From Nitrospirota bacterium (GTDB lineage: Bacteria > Nitrospirota > Thermodesulfovibrionia > Thermodesulfovibrionales > Dissulfurispiraceae), in assembly GCA_963790025.1 (NCBI GenBank), contig CAWBMP010000004.1:768001-832000 (forward strand): a stretch of DNA of 64,000 nt, written 5' to 3'. How positions within the stretch are numbered: position 1 is the stretch's first letter; the number at the start of each line of letters is the position of its first letter. The position numbers were made by a program, and so were the translations under genes. Positions 54,527 to 64,000 of the stretch are shown piece after piece. A model generated the notes under the pieces. The model had not been told where the DNA came from. It ran no database searches and saw only the letters and a list, made by a program, of their open reading frames with translations.

Positions 54527-56126
54527 TATTGTTCTCTTCAAATACGTCAAGCCAGGGGAAAACGGCATTTCGGTCCTCAAGCCCTCCGAGCAATGCCATA
54601 TCATACTCGCAGCCTTCAGCCATGGAAAAAAGCCGGTTAAAATTATCTATATGGCCGCGCACCCTTTTTTCCGCGTACCCGGATGCCCTTCCTTTTTCAA
54701 TAAGAAAGGGCCAGTCGCTGGACTGGGCCAGTAGCATCTCCTTCATGGCCTGGTTGATTGTCCGCTGCATCACTGAAGTCGCGTGGGGACAACTGCCGGC
54801 CCTTAGCCCCAATTTCCGCCCTGTTTCTTTTAACAGCTCCATTCTCTCTGCCATCTTGTGGAGGTGCCTGTAGAGATAATGGTTCTTTTCCCCTATCCAT
54901 TGTGCATTGTAACCCCCTTCGCCCCAGCTCGAGGGGTGCAACACAACATGATCGCCTTCTGGACACAAAGTGCTGCATTCTGCTGGAGCAGTTAAACGGA
55001 CGCTCCTGCTATCAAACAATTTTCTCATCATGATATCAAGCCAGTCTGTGCCTTCGAACCACCAGTGTCCGAAGAGTTCGGCATCAAAAGCGGAGAAAAC
55101 AACGGGACAAGACACAGAACCGCAGAGTTGCAGCATCTGAACTTCCCTGCTCTTCATGAAATGTGCCGCGTGCTCAATGGCCCTACGCATGGCCATTACC
55201 CTGTCATACGGGAGCTTTGACTCTGTTGAGCCTGTGACGCGGTAATATTTCATTCCGGTAAAAAGCCTCAGCGCACCGGTATGCAGAAACCGATCGATAT
55301 ATTCAACTGGAAGGTCGAACCCGATATCGCGGTAAAAGTCCCTGTAGTAAGGATCTCCGGGATACCCCTCCGTTGCGCTCCATACCTGCCTGGCTGATAT
55401 AAAATCTCTGCCAAATACCTGCAGGCCGGAAGGGGCATTCACTGGCTTATATATGCCGTATACCGGAGAGGGTTTCCCTAGCAGTATACCATGTGACTCA
55501 ATGAAAAAATAACGAATGCCTGCATCTTTTAGAATAAAATCGACTCCTTCGAAATAACCGCATTCAGGCAGCCAGAAGCCGGATGGCTGTCTGCCGAAGC
55601 TTTTAATGTAGCTCCTGGTCCCTATGCAGATCTGATCTTTTACGATCTGCGGATATGCCCCGAAGGCAGGCAGGAAAGCATGTGTTGCAGCGGAAGCCAC
55701 AATCTCTATGTGTCCTTCATTCTGAAGCTGGCGGAAAGCGGCAACCAGATCGCAGCCATAACATCCGGTATATAATCGCAGCACCGTTTTCAAGTGTTTA
55801 TTATAGAGTGACGTGACAGGTCCGAAAGGGGACCTCCCAGTCCTGAGCATCTCTGCTTCTGAAAGTTCAATAAGATTGACCATGTGGCGGACAAACCTTT
55901 CCCTGAGCATGACGTCATCGAGCATTTCCGTCAGCGTCGGACTTATTGAAAAAGCAAGCTGCGGACTTATGCCGTCATTGACCATCCGGTCCAACATGGC
56001 AAGAAGTGGAACATAGGTTTCTCTTATCGCCTCGAAAAGCCAGTTTTCTTCAATGGAATACTCGTGCTCTGGGTGTCTTACATAAGGAAGGTGTGCGTGA
56101 AGCAGAAGGATAAGAGCGCCGTTCAC
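54504..56126 (-). CDS. GH57 family 1,4-alpha-glucan branching enzyme (DUF1957)
   Basis: HAHLPYV, EENWLFEA, FWLPEC nucleophile, FDAELFGHWWFEG, AQSSDW. Confidence 0.93.
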   Translation of the reverse strand: MNGALILLLHAHLPYVRHPEHEYSIEENWLFEAIRETYVPLLAMLDRMVNDGISPQLAFSISPTLTEMLDDVMLRERFVRHMVNLIELSEAEMLRTGRSPFGPVTSLYNKHLKTVLRLYTGCYGCDLVAAFRQLQNEGHIEIVASAATHAFLPAFGAYPQIVKDQICIGTRSYIKSFGRQPSGFWLPECGYFEGVDFILKDAGIRYFFIESHGILLGKPSPVYGIYKPVNAPSGLQVFGRDFISARQVWSATEGYPGDPYYRDFYRDIGFDLPVEYIDRFLHTGALRLFTGMKYYRVTGSTESKLPYDRVMAMRRAIEHAAHFMKSREVQMLQLCGSVSCPVVFSAFDAELFGHWWFEGTDWLDIMMRKLFDSRSVRLTAPAECSTLCPEGDHVVLHPSSWGEGGYNAQWIGEKNHYLYRHLHKMAERMELLKETGRKLGLRAGSCPHATSVMQRTINQAMKEMLLAQSSDWPFLIEKGRASGYAEKRVRGHIDNFNRLFSMAEGCEYDMALLGGLEDRNAVFPWLDVFEENNKAVSSRQ

Positions 56127-57160
56127 TTTACTATGATTCGGCCCGAACCCATCTGTACCCTGCCGATGACCGAAAAAAAGAGGGAAGAGCCTTCAAATGC
56201 CTTGATCCGGTCCTCCCCCAGAGTCAGCAAAAGTCCTCCGGAAGTTTGAGGGTCGGAAAACAGAAGCTTTTTCTCATCACTTACACCGGGAGAAAAAACA
56301 GCCTTGTCCTGAATATACAGCAGATTTTTGTATGCGCCTTCGGGGACCATTCCGATATCAATCATTTCAATGGCACGATCGAGCACGGGGACCCGCGAAC
56401 TCTCTATTACAAAATCCACTGCCGAATTCCTGACCATGTTGTATGCATGACCGAGCAGTCCGAACCCTGTGATGTCCGTACATGCGGTTGCCCCTGTGCG
56501 GGAAGCAAGGGAAGATGCTTGATCATTCAGGGTCATCATCCACTCGATCGCCGGTCTCATTGACTCTTCGGTCAGTTTTCCGCCTTTGAGTGCAGTCGAC
56601 AGGATACCAACGCCTATCGGCTTGGTGAGGATTACAAAGTCTCCCTCAGCCGCGCCCGACACCCTGAGTATCCTGTCCCTGTCTACAATGCCCGTTACCG
56701 AAAGACCGAATTTAAGCTCGGGGTCATCAAAACTGTGTCCGCCTATAAGCCGCGCACCTGCCTTCCCGAGCGTAGCCACCGCTCCCCTCAATATTTCTTT
56801 CAGCACCTCTGGCCCATATTCACACAATGAGAAACCTGCAATAGCGAGTGCTGTAACAGGCCTGCCTCCCATTGCATAGATATCGCTGATCGAGTTATTG
56901 GCGCTTATGGCGCCGAAGGTGAAGGGGTCGTTTACAACGGGAGTAATCACATCCACGGTCTCAACGATTGCGGTCTCGCCGATAAGAGCGATGCCAGCAT
57001 CATCACCAGGCCCTACAAGCACAACGGGGGCCTCCTCGCCGCTCGCAGAGACAGCGTACTCATAATCACAGAGCGTACCTATAATCTCTTCCAGGTCCGC
57101 CGGACCGATCTTTGCAGCTCAGCCGGCAGCCCGTACTTTTTCCATCAACCGGTAATCCAT
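56123..57160 (-). CDS. selD: selenide,water dikinase SelD, selenocysteine form (UGA at codon 14)
   Basis: ORF-track frame extends upstream through TGA at 57119-57121 to ATG 57160: MDYRLMEKVRAAG-U-AAKIGP; DDAG, NSISDIYAMG, GGHS, TDITGFGL, DPQTSGGLL. Confidence 0.93.
57094..57106 (-). promoter_or_regulatory. candidate SECIS hairpin of selD
   Basis: GGUCC-GGC-GGACC hairpin beginning 12 nt 3' of the in-frame UGA. Confidence 0.55.
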
Positions 57161-57166
57161 TCAAAT

Positions 57167-57195
57167 ATTATACCTGATACCTCACCGCTGTCCAA
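57167..57195 (-). promoter_or_regulatory. sigma70 promoter of selD, likely leaderless
   Basis: (T)TGGACA-16-TATAAT, ATG 6 nt downstream. Confidence 0.55.
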
Positions 57196-57295
57196 AACAA
57201 TTTAATTAAAATCCTGCCAGTGATTGGAAACGAAAGACTATTTGATCCAGAGCAAAAACAAAACTGACCCTCTACCACTTGTTCACTAACGCCTG

Positions 57296-57324
57296 TTGAC
57301 AAAGCTGGCGGCATTTTGTATCCT
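57296..57324 (+). promoter_or_regulatory. sigma70 promoter of rho (about 220-nt leader)
   Basis: TTGACA-17-TATCCT. Confidence 0.55.
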
Positions 57325-57546
57325 ATCTACAGTGAGTTCGCCCATTTAAGCTTCGCGCAACTAAAAAATCACTAAGGAAGTTTGAGTAATTGAATCCGTA
57401 AAGTAATCTAATATTATCCCTCCTGCGTCAGGGGTAATCCATAAATTAAACGGGAACATATCGCTAATGAATGAATCCTCGGCTTCCAATGAGACTTTTG
57501 AGTTTTAAAGACTTTTTTCATGACAACCCGGAGAGGTAAAAAAAAT

Positions 57547-58806
57547 ATGGAAAACTATATATCAATTTCAGAGTTGAAAGAAAAAACCATTGATGAGCTT
57601 ACAGGTCTGGCTAAAGAGCTTAATGTAGAGGGCGCATCAGGTTTAAGGAAACAGGAGCTTATTTTCGCCATTCTGCAGGCACAGGCTGAAAAAGCCGGGA
57701 GCGTCTACGGCGCGGGGGTGCTGGAGATACTGCCCGATGGTTTTGGCTTTCTCCGTTCTCCTGATTACAGCTATCTGCCAAGTCCAGACGATATTTATGT
57801 ATCGCCGTCTCAGATCCGTCGGTTCAGTTTGCGCACAGGTGATTTTGTATCGGGCCAGATCAGGCCACCCAAGGACAATGAGCGATATTTCGCTCTTTTA
57901 AAAGTGGAGAGCATAAATAGTGAATCGATCGAACGGATTGTGAACCGTCCTCTCTTCGATAATCTCACACCCTATTACCCCACTGAAAAAGTCAGCCTCG
58001 AATACGACAATGACTACTCTATGAGGGTAATGGACTTGACTGCCCCTATAGGAAAGGGACAGCGAGGCCTGATTGTTGCTGCACCGAGGACCGGTAAAAC
58101 CATGCTGCTTCAGTCAATTGCAAAAGCAATCAGAACAAATCACAAGGAAATTCACCTTATCATTCTCCTTATCGACGAGCGGCCGGAAGAAGTGACCGAC
58201 TGGAAACGGCAGGTGATAGGTGCAGAGATCATAAGTTCAACCTTTGATGAGCCGCCCCAACGGCATTGCCAGGTGTCAGAGATGGTCATCGAGCGGGCCA
58301 AGAGGCTGGTGGAAACAAGAAAAGATGTGGTCATCCTCCTTGACAGCATAACGAGGCTGGCAAGGGCATATAACGCAATAACCCCCACCAGCGGCAAAGT
58401 GCTGTCCGGCGGTCTTGATGCAAATGCATTGCAGAGGCCCAAGAGGTTCTTCGGAACAGCCAGGAGCATAGAGGAAGGCGGCAGTCTTACAATTCTGGCG
58501 ACGGCCCTTGTTGATACCGGAAGCCGCATGGATGATGTCATTTTTGAAGAATTCAAAGGGACCGGCAATATGGAACTGCATCTCGACCGTAAGCTTGTGG
58601 ACAAGAGAATATTCCCGAGCATTGATATTAATTCATCAGGAACAAGAAAAGAGGAGTTGCTCGTTGATAGAGAGATCCTGAACAAGATGTGGATCCTGAG
58701 AAAGGTGCTAAACCCGCTGAGCACCGTGGAAAGCGTTGAATTCCTGCTCAGCAAACTTAAAGGCACGAAGAGCAACAGCGAGTTCCTGGATATGATGAAT
58801 AAGTAG
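57547..58806 (+). CDS. rho: transcription termination factor Rho; start at ATG 57547
   Basis: [55 protein letters not shown]. Confidence 0.97.
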   Translation: MENYISISELKEKTIDELTGLAKELNVEGASGLRKQELIFAILQAQAEKAGSVYGAGVLEILPDGFGFLRSPDYSYLPSPDDIYVSPSQIRRFSLRTGDFVSGQIRPPKDNERYFALLKVESINSESIERIVNRPLFDNLTPYYPTEKVSLEYDNDYSMRVMDLTAPIGKGQRGLIVAAPRTGKTMLLQSIAKAIRTNHKEIHLIILLIDERPEEVTDWKRQVIGAEIISSTFDEPPQRHCQVSEMVIERAKRLVETRKDVVILLDSITRLARAYNAITPTSGKVLSGGLDANALQRPKRFFGTARSIEEGGSLTILATALVDTGSRMDDVIFEEFKGTGNMELHLDRKLVDKRIFPSIDINSSGTRKEELLVDREILNKMWILRKVLNPLSTVESVEFLLSKLKGTKSNSEFLDMMNK

Positions 58807-58842
58807 CGTTATAACTAAAGTCGTTTAGCGCTATATCGTTAA

Positions 58843-59250
58843 ATGGGCATGAAGATTGAAAATGACGGCAACTGCTTTGTCTGTGGTATAAACAATCCCT
58901 GCGGTTTGAAACTCTCTTTTAATCACCTCGATGGAAAAATAACCTCTGAATTTACCCCTTCCCCGCTGCACGGAGGGTATAAAAATATGACCCATGGAGG
59001 TATAATAACAGCGCTTCTCGACGAGGCAATGATATATGCAGCCATGGACGTCCTGGACAAAGAGTCAGTCCCTGTTACTGCAGAAATCATCGTGCGCTTC
59101 AAAAAACCTTTATTAGCTGGGCAACGGTCGCAGATTGAGGCGGAAATTGTAAGAAAAGGCAAGCGGATTGTCGAAGCGGAGGCGCGGCTGATATCGGCTG
59201 CTACCGGTGATTTGATCGCCGAAGGTCACGGAAAACTGATAATAAAATGA
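58843..59250 (+). CDS. PaaI-family hotdog thioesterase
   Basis: CFVCG..NP.GL, HGGIITALLDEAM, VRFKKP. Confidence 0.88.
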   Translation: MGMKIENDGNCFVCGINNPCGLKLSFNHLDGKITSEFTPSPLHGGYKNMTHGGIITALLDEAMIYAAMDVLDKESVPVTAEIIVRFKKPLLAGQRSQIEAEIVRKGKRIVEAEARLISAATGDLIAEGHGKLIIK

Positions 59251-61295
59251 AAAGCCATATTTTTATTATATCTGTGCTTATTGGAGTTATTTCGGGAATT
59301 ATAACCCTTAATATATTTTTCCAGCAGTCGTTGCAAATGGAGATCGCCGAGCGGTTCAACAGGCAGCAGTTTTTACTTTCAAGATCGATTGCTGACGACA
59401 TAAAATCATATGTCGGCCATGATCAGGAGGAACTCCTCTTCATATCTCATCTCCTGTCGGAAACCGACATCAGTGGCGACAAAGACGTCGCGAAAATCGA
59501 AGAAAAACTCAGGGCGGCGAATAAGAAACTGGCTACCGCAAAACTCGGATTGATCAACACACGGGGGGAACTGCTATTCTTTCGAGGGAAGAGGGATGCA
59601 CTGACGTACCTCATCCCTGACATAATAAAGCTGGCCAAAGGCATGGAATTCGGCACAACACGGCTATTTGAAACTGCATCTGTTCTCTATATCATATCGC
59701 CGGTCTACCGGCGAAGCGGGCCTGCATGCATAGCGTTTTTCGGGACCAGAATAGATACCCTCTCCAGTATCGCCCAAAATTTCGTGACCAGCATCAGATC
59801 AACTACGAGGAGATATGCATGGATGATGGATAAAAACGGCAATCTGCTGTTTCACCCCACTCAGCCCGGAATGGTGGGAAGAAACCTTTATAAAGCAGAC
59901 CCGACCTGCTTTAAATGTCACATAAGCTTCGATTTCGAAAAAAAGATCGTAGAGGGCCGGGTGGACAGGTTCGGCAGGTATATGGCGCCGTCGGGAGAAG
60001 ACAAGATTGTGGCCTTCTCGACAATTCCCATCGACGGCCTGTCGTGGATAGTTGCGGTATCTTCACCCTACTCTGAAGTGACGCGTCCTATAATGCACAG
60101 CATGAAACTTTATTCCTATCTTATCATCTCCATTTTTGTCGCCACCAGCCTTGTTTCTGCAGTGCTTATTGTCTTTAACAAAAAAAGAATCAAGGCGGAA
60201 GCGATTGCACGTGGGAAAGAGGAACTCGAGGAATACGCGGTGCTGCTGGAAGACAAGGTAAATGAGCGGACAGCCGAACTCTCAAGCGAAAAAGAAAAGT
60301 TGAATACTATTGTAAGCGCCATCGGCGGTGGAATCATCCTGGTCTCAAAGGAAGGCAAAATACAGTGGGCAAACCAGACGATCAGGGACATGACCGGCAT
60401 GGACGTGACCGGCAAGGCCTGCGAGGAACTCTTCCAGGAATGCAATCTGGCAACCACTTACGCCCGCGGTAATATCGATACGATAATACTCTCGAATCTT
60501 TTCAACTTGCCGAACAACTACTTTCAGGTCACGACCGCACCGGTAATCGGAGATGACGGCGACTTGCACGGTTATATAAGGCTTATACAGGACGTCACTG
60601 AAATAAAAAAGATGGAAGATCAGATAATCAATTCTGAAAAACTCGCCGCTATCGGCAGGCTCGCCGCAGGCATCGCCCATGAAATAGGCAACCCGCTCAC
60701 TTCCATTTTTTCATTCGTGCAGATTCTGAGGGAAATGGAAAAGGGAGATGAATTCAAGAGGGAGAGCCTCGATACGATCTCCTTCCATGTCAACAGGATT
60801 TCAGAGATACTGAAACAGCTTTCAGGCTTTACAAAAATGCCCGCAGGAGAACTGAAACGGTGTATGGTCAATGAAATCATAGAAACCGCCTTAAACCTGA
60901 TCCGGTATGATAAAAAAGCAAAGGGGATCTCCATTTTGAAAGAGCTTTCATCAGAGCTGCCCGAGATTGTAACAGATGCAAACCAGTTATCGCAGGTCTT
61001 CGTCAACCTTACCCTCAATGCAATCGACGCCATGCCCGATGGCGGGGCCCTCACGGTAAGGAGTTTCATACGCGAGGGCTCGATTGCCATTGAGTTCCAG
61101 GATACCGGAATCGGTATAAGGAAAGAGGATGTCAACAAAATATTCGATCCTTTTTACACTACCAAAGAGAAGGGAACGGGTCTGGGGCTGGCAGTGAGCT
61201 ATGATATAATAAAAAAATTGAACGGGACCCTGACGGTAGAGAGCGAAGCAGATAAGGGGACTACATTTACCATAGTGCTGCCGGGAGGACACTAA
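59247..61295 (+). CDS. sensor histidine kinase with periplasmic Cache-like domain carrying a CxxCH motif
   Basis: Two TM helices, YAWMMDKNGNLLFHP Cache signature, CFKCH, PAS-like region, AAGIAHEIGNP, GTGLGL. Confidence 0.92.
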   Translation: MKSHIFIISVLIGVISGIITLNIFFQQSLQMEIAERFNRQQFLLSRSIADDIKSYVGHDQEELLFISHLLSETDISGDKDVAKIEEKLRAANKKLATAKLGLINTRGELLFFRGKRDALTYLIPDIIKLAKGMEFGTTRLFETASVLYIISPVYRRSGPACIAFFGTRIDTLSSIAQNFVTSIRSTTRRYAWMMDKNGNLLFHPTQPGMVGRNLYKADPTCFKCHISFDFEKKIVEGRVDRFGRYMAPSGEDKIVAFSTIPIDGLSWIVAVSSPYSEVTRPIMHSMKLYSYLIISIFVATSLVSAVLIVFNKKRIKAEAIARGKEELEEYAVLLEDKVNERTAELSSEKEKLNTIVSAIGGGIILVSKEGKIQWANQTIRDMTGMDVTGKACEELFQECNLATTYARGNIDTIILSNLFNLPNNYFQVTTAPVIGDDGDLHGYIRLIQDVTEIKKMEDQIINSEKLAAIGRLAAGIAHEIGNPLTSIFSFVQILREMEKGDEFKRESLDTISFHVNRISEILKQLSGFTKMPAGELKRCMVNEIIETALNLIRYDKKAKGISILKELSSELPEIVTDANQLSQVFVNLTLNAIDAMPDGGALTVRSFIREGSIAIEFQDTGIGIRKEDVNKIFDPFYTTKEKGTGLGLAVSYDIIKKLNGTLTVESEADKGTTFTIVLPGGH

Positions 61296-62644
61296 TGAAA
61301 CCGAAAATCCTCGTAGTGGACGATGAGCCTGATATCTGCAAGGCACTGGCCTTCCTGCTCAAGCGGGAGGAATATGCCGTTACCACGGCAAGCAGCGGGG
61401 AGCAGGCCCTCGAGAAAATCAGTGAAGAACATTTTGATGTGGTGCTCACTGATCTGAAGATGGGCAGGGTCGACGGCGTAGAGGTACTCGAAAAAGTAAG
61501 GGCGACGACCGCTGATACGGCTGTTATAATTATGACTGCCTTTGCTTCGGTTGAGTCTGCGATTGAGGCCATAAAGAAAGGCGCGGTGGATTACATCGTG
61601 AAGCCTTTCCATAACGAGGAAATAAAACTCACCATAAAAAGAATCCTGGAGCAGAAACGGCTCGTCAAGGAGAATATTGCGCTAAAACAGCAGATCAGCC
61701 AACGTATGGAATGCAAGGAGTTCATCGCCAACTCTCCAGCGATGCTGAAGATATTCGAGACCCTAGAAAAGGTAATCCCCACAAAGAGCAATATCATGTT
61801 ATTGGGCGAAAGCGGTTCGGGTAAAGGACTTATTGCAGAAGTCATACACTGCAACAGCCCTCGCCGCGATAAGCCTTTTATATCAATCAACTGCTCTGCT
61901 ATTCCGGAAGGATTGCTGGAATCTGAGCTTTTCGGGTATAAAAAAGGTGCGTTTACAGGGGCCATCTCCGACAAGCTGGGGCTTATTACCCTTGCTGACC
62001 AGGGGACGTTTTTCCTGGACGAAATCGGTGATATGCCGGTTGCCTTACAGGCTAAGCTCCTTAAAGTGCTTGAAACAGGAGAAGTGTATCCGCTCGGCGA
62101 TACAAAGTCGCGCATTGCTGATGTCCGCATCATTTCGGCGACCAATGCCGATATCGAGAACAAGATCAGGGAGGGCAAGTTCAGGAAAGACCTTTACTGG
62201 AGGCTTAACGTCATAGAAATAAAAGTACCGCCCCTGCGTGAGAGGAAGGACGATATAGAACCCCTGAGCATTCATTTTGTACAAAAATTTGCGGGAGAAC
62301 ACAAGAAGGATATAAGCGGTATAGACAATCTGGCCCTCGCGGCGCTGCTGGATTACGCATGGCCCGGCAATGTGCGGGAATTGAGCAACGTCATCGAGCG
62401 CGCTGTTGTTCTTACCGAAGGCACGCACATAACGTCCTGCGATCTGCCGGACAAACTGATAAAGACAGACCATGAGCAGGAAACATCTCTCCTGAAGGTT
62501 TGCATCTCCGATTACGAAAAAAATTTGATCCTGAAAACGTATGCCGCACACAATAAAAATAAAGACGAAACCGCCAGGGCCCTCGGTGTCGATCTTGCAA
62601 CGCTTTACAGGAAATTCAAGAAGTACTGTATAGAAGACGAATGA
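61295..62644 (+). CDS. sigma54-dependent NtrC-family response regulator
   Basis: REC domain, GESGSGK, ESELFG, GAFTGA, DEIG, WPGNVREL, Fis HTH. Confidence 0.95.
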   Translation: MKPKILVVDDEPDICKALAFLLKREEYAVTTASSGEQALEKISEEHFDVVLTDLKMGRVDGVEVLEKVRATTADTAVIIMTAFASVESAIEAIKKGAVDYIVKPFHNEEIKLTIKRILEQKRLVKENIALKQQISQRMECKEFIANSPAMLKIFETLEKVIPTKSNIMLLGESGSGKGLIAEVIHCNSPRRDKPFISINCSAIPEGLLESELFGYKKGAFTGAISDKLGLITLADQGTFFLDEIGDMPVALQAKLLKVLETGEVYPLGDTKSRIADVRIISATNADIENKIREGKFRKDLYWRLNVIEIKVPPLRERKDDIEPLSIHFVQKFAGEHKKDISGIDNLALAALLDYAWPGNVRELSNVIERAVVLTEGTHITSCDLPDKLIKTDHEQETSLLKVCISDYEKNLILKTYAAHNKNKDETARALGVDLATLYRKFKKYCIEDE

Positions 62645-62706
62645 AAAAAAGGCCGCCTCTCATCAGTGAGCACAGCGAGCGATTGCCTGATGGTGTTGCA
62701 TAAATA

Positions 62707-62997
62707 ATGAAAAAAAAAGCCTTTTACATCGGAGCGGCCGCAGGCGGAGTTCTCGGCATCATGGTATCATTGAGCATGGATTTCGTGATGGGAGATACAC
62801 TCGGCAGCGGGTGGGGCGATGCGGTAGCTCACGACCTGAACCACCTTCTGAAAACAAATCTGCCTGGAACCCATGTTCTTGTAATCCTGGGAGTATTCCT
62901 TGTCATCGGTATCATTGTCGCATTCGGGGCTTTCTTCGGGGGCATCTTCAGTTTAATGATCAGCAGCCTCTTCCGCACGCTTACAAAAGACAAATAA
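62707..62997 (+). CDS. small membrane protein
   Basis: Two hydrophobic Gly-rich segments around W.DAVAHDL. Confidence 0.7.
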   Translation: MKKKAFYIGAAAGGVLGIMVSLSMDFVMGDTLGSGWGDAVAHDLNHLLKTNLPGTHVLVILGVFLVIGIIVAFGAFFGGIFSLMISSLFRTLTKDK

Positions 62998-63088
62998 AGT
63001 CATGGGAACCCCACTACCTGCTTTTGACTTAGGGTTAAAAAGTCTGTAGACTATGAAATAGATAGAAAGCGTGAACAAGGGGGACCAT

Positions 63089-63598
63089 ATGTCGGCCAAT
63101 CGGAATCTGATCAAGATTTTTGAATATGCCTTGAACCAGGAGGAAACAGGGAAGAGTTTTTTTCAGACCTCCCTGCAACGATTGGGGTGGGGCTCAGCCT
63201 CGACCGTCTTTACCCAATTGATCAAGGAAGAAGAGCATCATATCGTTTTTATAAATAATATTCTGGCGGGGCTCAAACAGGGAAGTCCCGACCAATTACA
63301 AATCGCGAAAGATATCAATCTGCAACCAACAAATTTTTTTGACGAGCGGGCCAAATCAGAATTTCTGGAACAGTTGCTGTATGAATCGATGGTGCCGGAC
63401 ATTACCGTTTTCAGCGTGGCCTGGCTGATTGAGAAGGATTTGAGTGAGTTCTATGAGAAGATGGCAAATCAAACGGAAGGGAAAGCCAAAGAAGCGCTTA
63501 AGATGCTTGCCGGATGGGAAAAAAGACATGAACTCTTCTTTCGGGAGTTTCGTGAAAAATTGAATGAAACCTATTCCAAAATGACCTGGGGAGGGTAA
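63089..63598 (+). CDS. ferritin-like / rubrerythrin-family protein
   Basis: ALNQE, EEEHH, IEKD..FY, WEKRH di-iron ExxH motifs. Confidence 0.85.
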   Translation: MSANRNLIKIFEYALNQEETGKSFFQTSLQRLGWGSASTVFTQLIKEEEHHIVFINNILAGLKQGSPDQLQIAKDINLQPTNFFDERAKSEFLEQLLYESMVPDITVFSVAWLIEKDLSEFYEKMANQTEGKAKEALKMLAGWEKRHELFFREFREKLNETYSKMTWGG

Positions 63599-63628
63599 AC
63601 CGGGCGGTTACCCTCCCTAGGTGTGATA

Positions 63629-64000
63629 TTATGCGGCTGTTCCTTTCATTGCAGCCTGTATCCCTTTGCTAAACTCCGTGGGAACAGTTGTTACTCTTCC
63701 TGCAAGCTCCCTGTCGAGCATCATGAGTCCATTGGGATCATCATTTATAATTTTCAACTGCGCGATGATTTCATTATCATTACTCTCCTCTTCGACCTGC
63801 TCCGTCACATACCATTGCAGAAATATTTGCGTGGCATGGTCCTTTTCTGAAAGAGCAAGTTCCACTAATTCATTAATGGACTTGGTAATAAACTGTTCAT
63901 GATCGAGCGTCCTTATAAAGGCATCCAGCGGAGATTTAAATTCTGATAGGGGCTCTTTCAATGATTTTAAAAGGGCCCTGCCTCCCTGGAGGTTCATGTA
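63629..64000 (-). CDS. ftnA: non-heme ferritin, 5' part outside window
   Basis: HEQFITKSINELV, DHATQIFLQWYVTEQVEEE. Confidence 0.9.
   Translation of the reverse strand, partial: YMNLQGGRALLKSLKEPLSEFKSPLDAFIRTLDHEQFITKSINELVELALSEKDHATQIFLQWYVTEQVEEESNDNEIIAQLKIINDDPNGLMMLDRELAGRVTTVPTEFSKGIQAAMKGTAA

Noticed and set aside
62645..63088. Sigma54 promoter for genes downstream of the NtrC regulator
   Set aside because: No GG-N10-GC with correct spacing found; a sigma70-like TTGACT-17-TAGACT precedes the ferritin-like gene instead.

Overview
Chromosomal, mostly housekeeping DNA from an anaerobic bacterium. Gene content and order suggest Nitrospirota (Thermodesulfovibrionia-like); this is inference only. 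Main blocks: a Wood-Ljungdahl CODH/ACS cluster (cooC, acsE-acsD-acsC-acsB-cooS, minus strand); trmFO-xerC-hslV-hslU-rlpA-argB; a small decaying accessory patch at 22.8-26.4 kb with two gene remnants not in the ORF track; ileS-lspA; a 2-oxoacid dehydrogenase E1a-E1b-E2 cluster without E3, joined to a split ADP-forming acyl-CoA synthetase that is interrupted by an HDOD/GGDEF pair; thyX; hisC-hisB; rpsU-yqeY-dnaG-tRNA(CAT) without rpoD; a UGA-recoded selD; rho; a CxxCH-containing sensor kinase with an NtrC-type regulator; and ferritins. No integrase (other than XerC), transposase, CRISPR array or phage genes were seen. The most striking unexplained structures are (i) about nine gene junctions carrying degenerate 6-9-mer tandem repeats followed by their inverted complements, several of which overlap gene ends, (ii) a 186-bp rod-like palindromic element upstream of cooC, and (iii) several genes whose -10 box sits 5-7 nt before the start codon, suggesting leaderless mRNAs.
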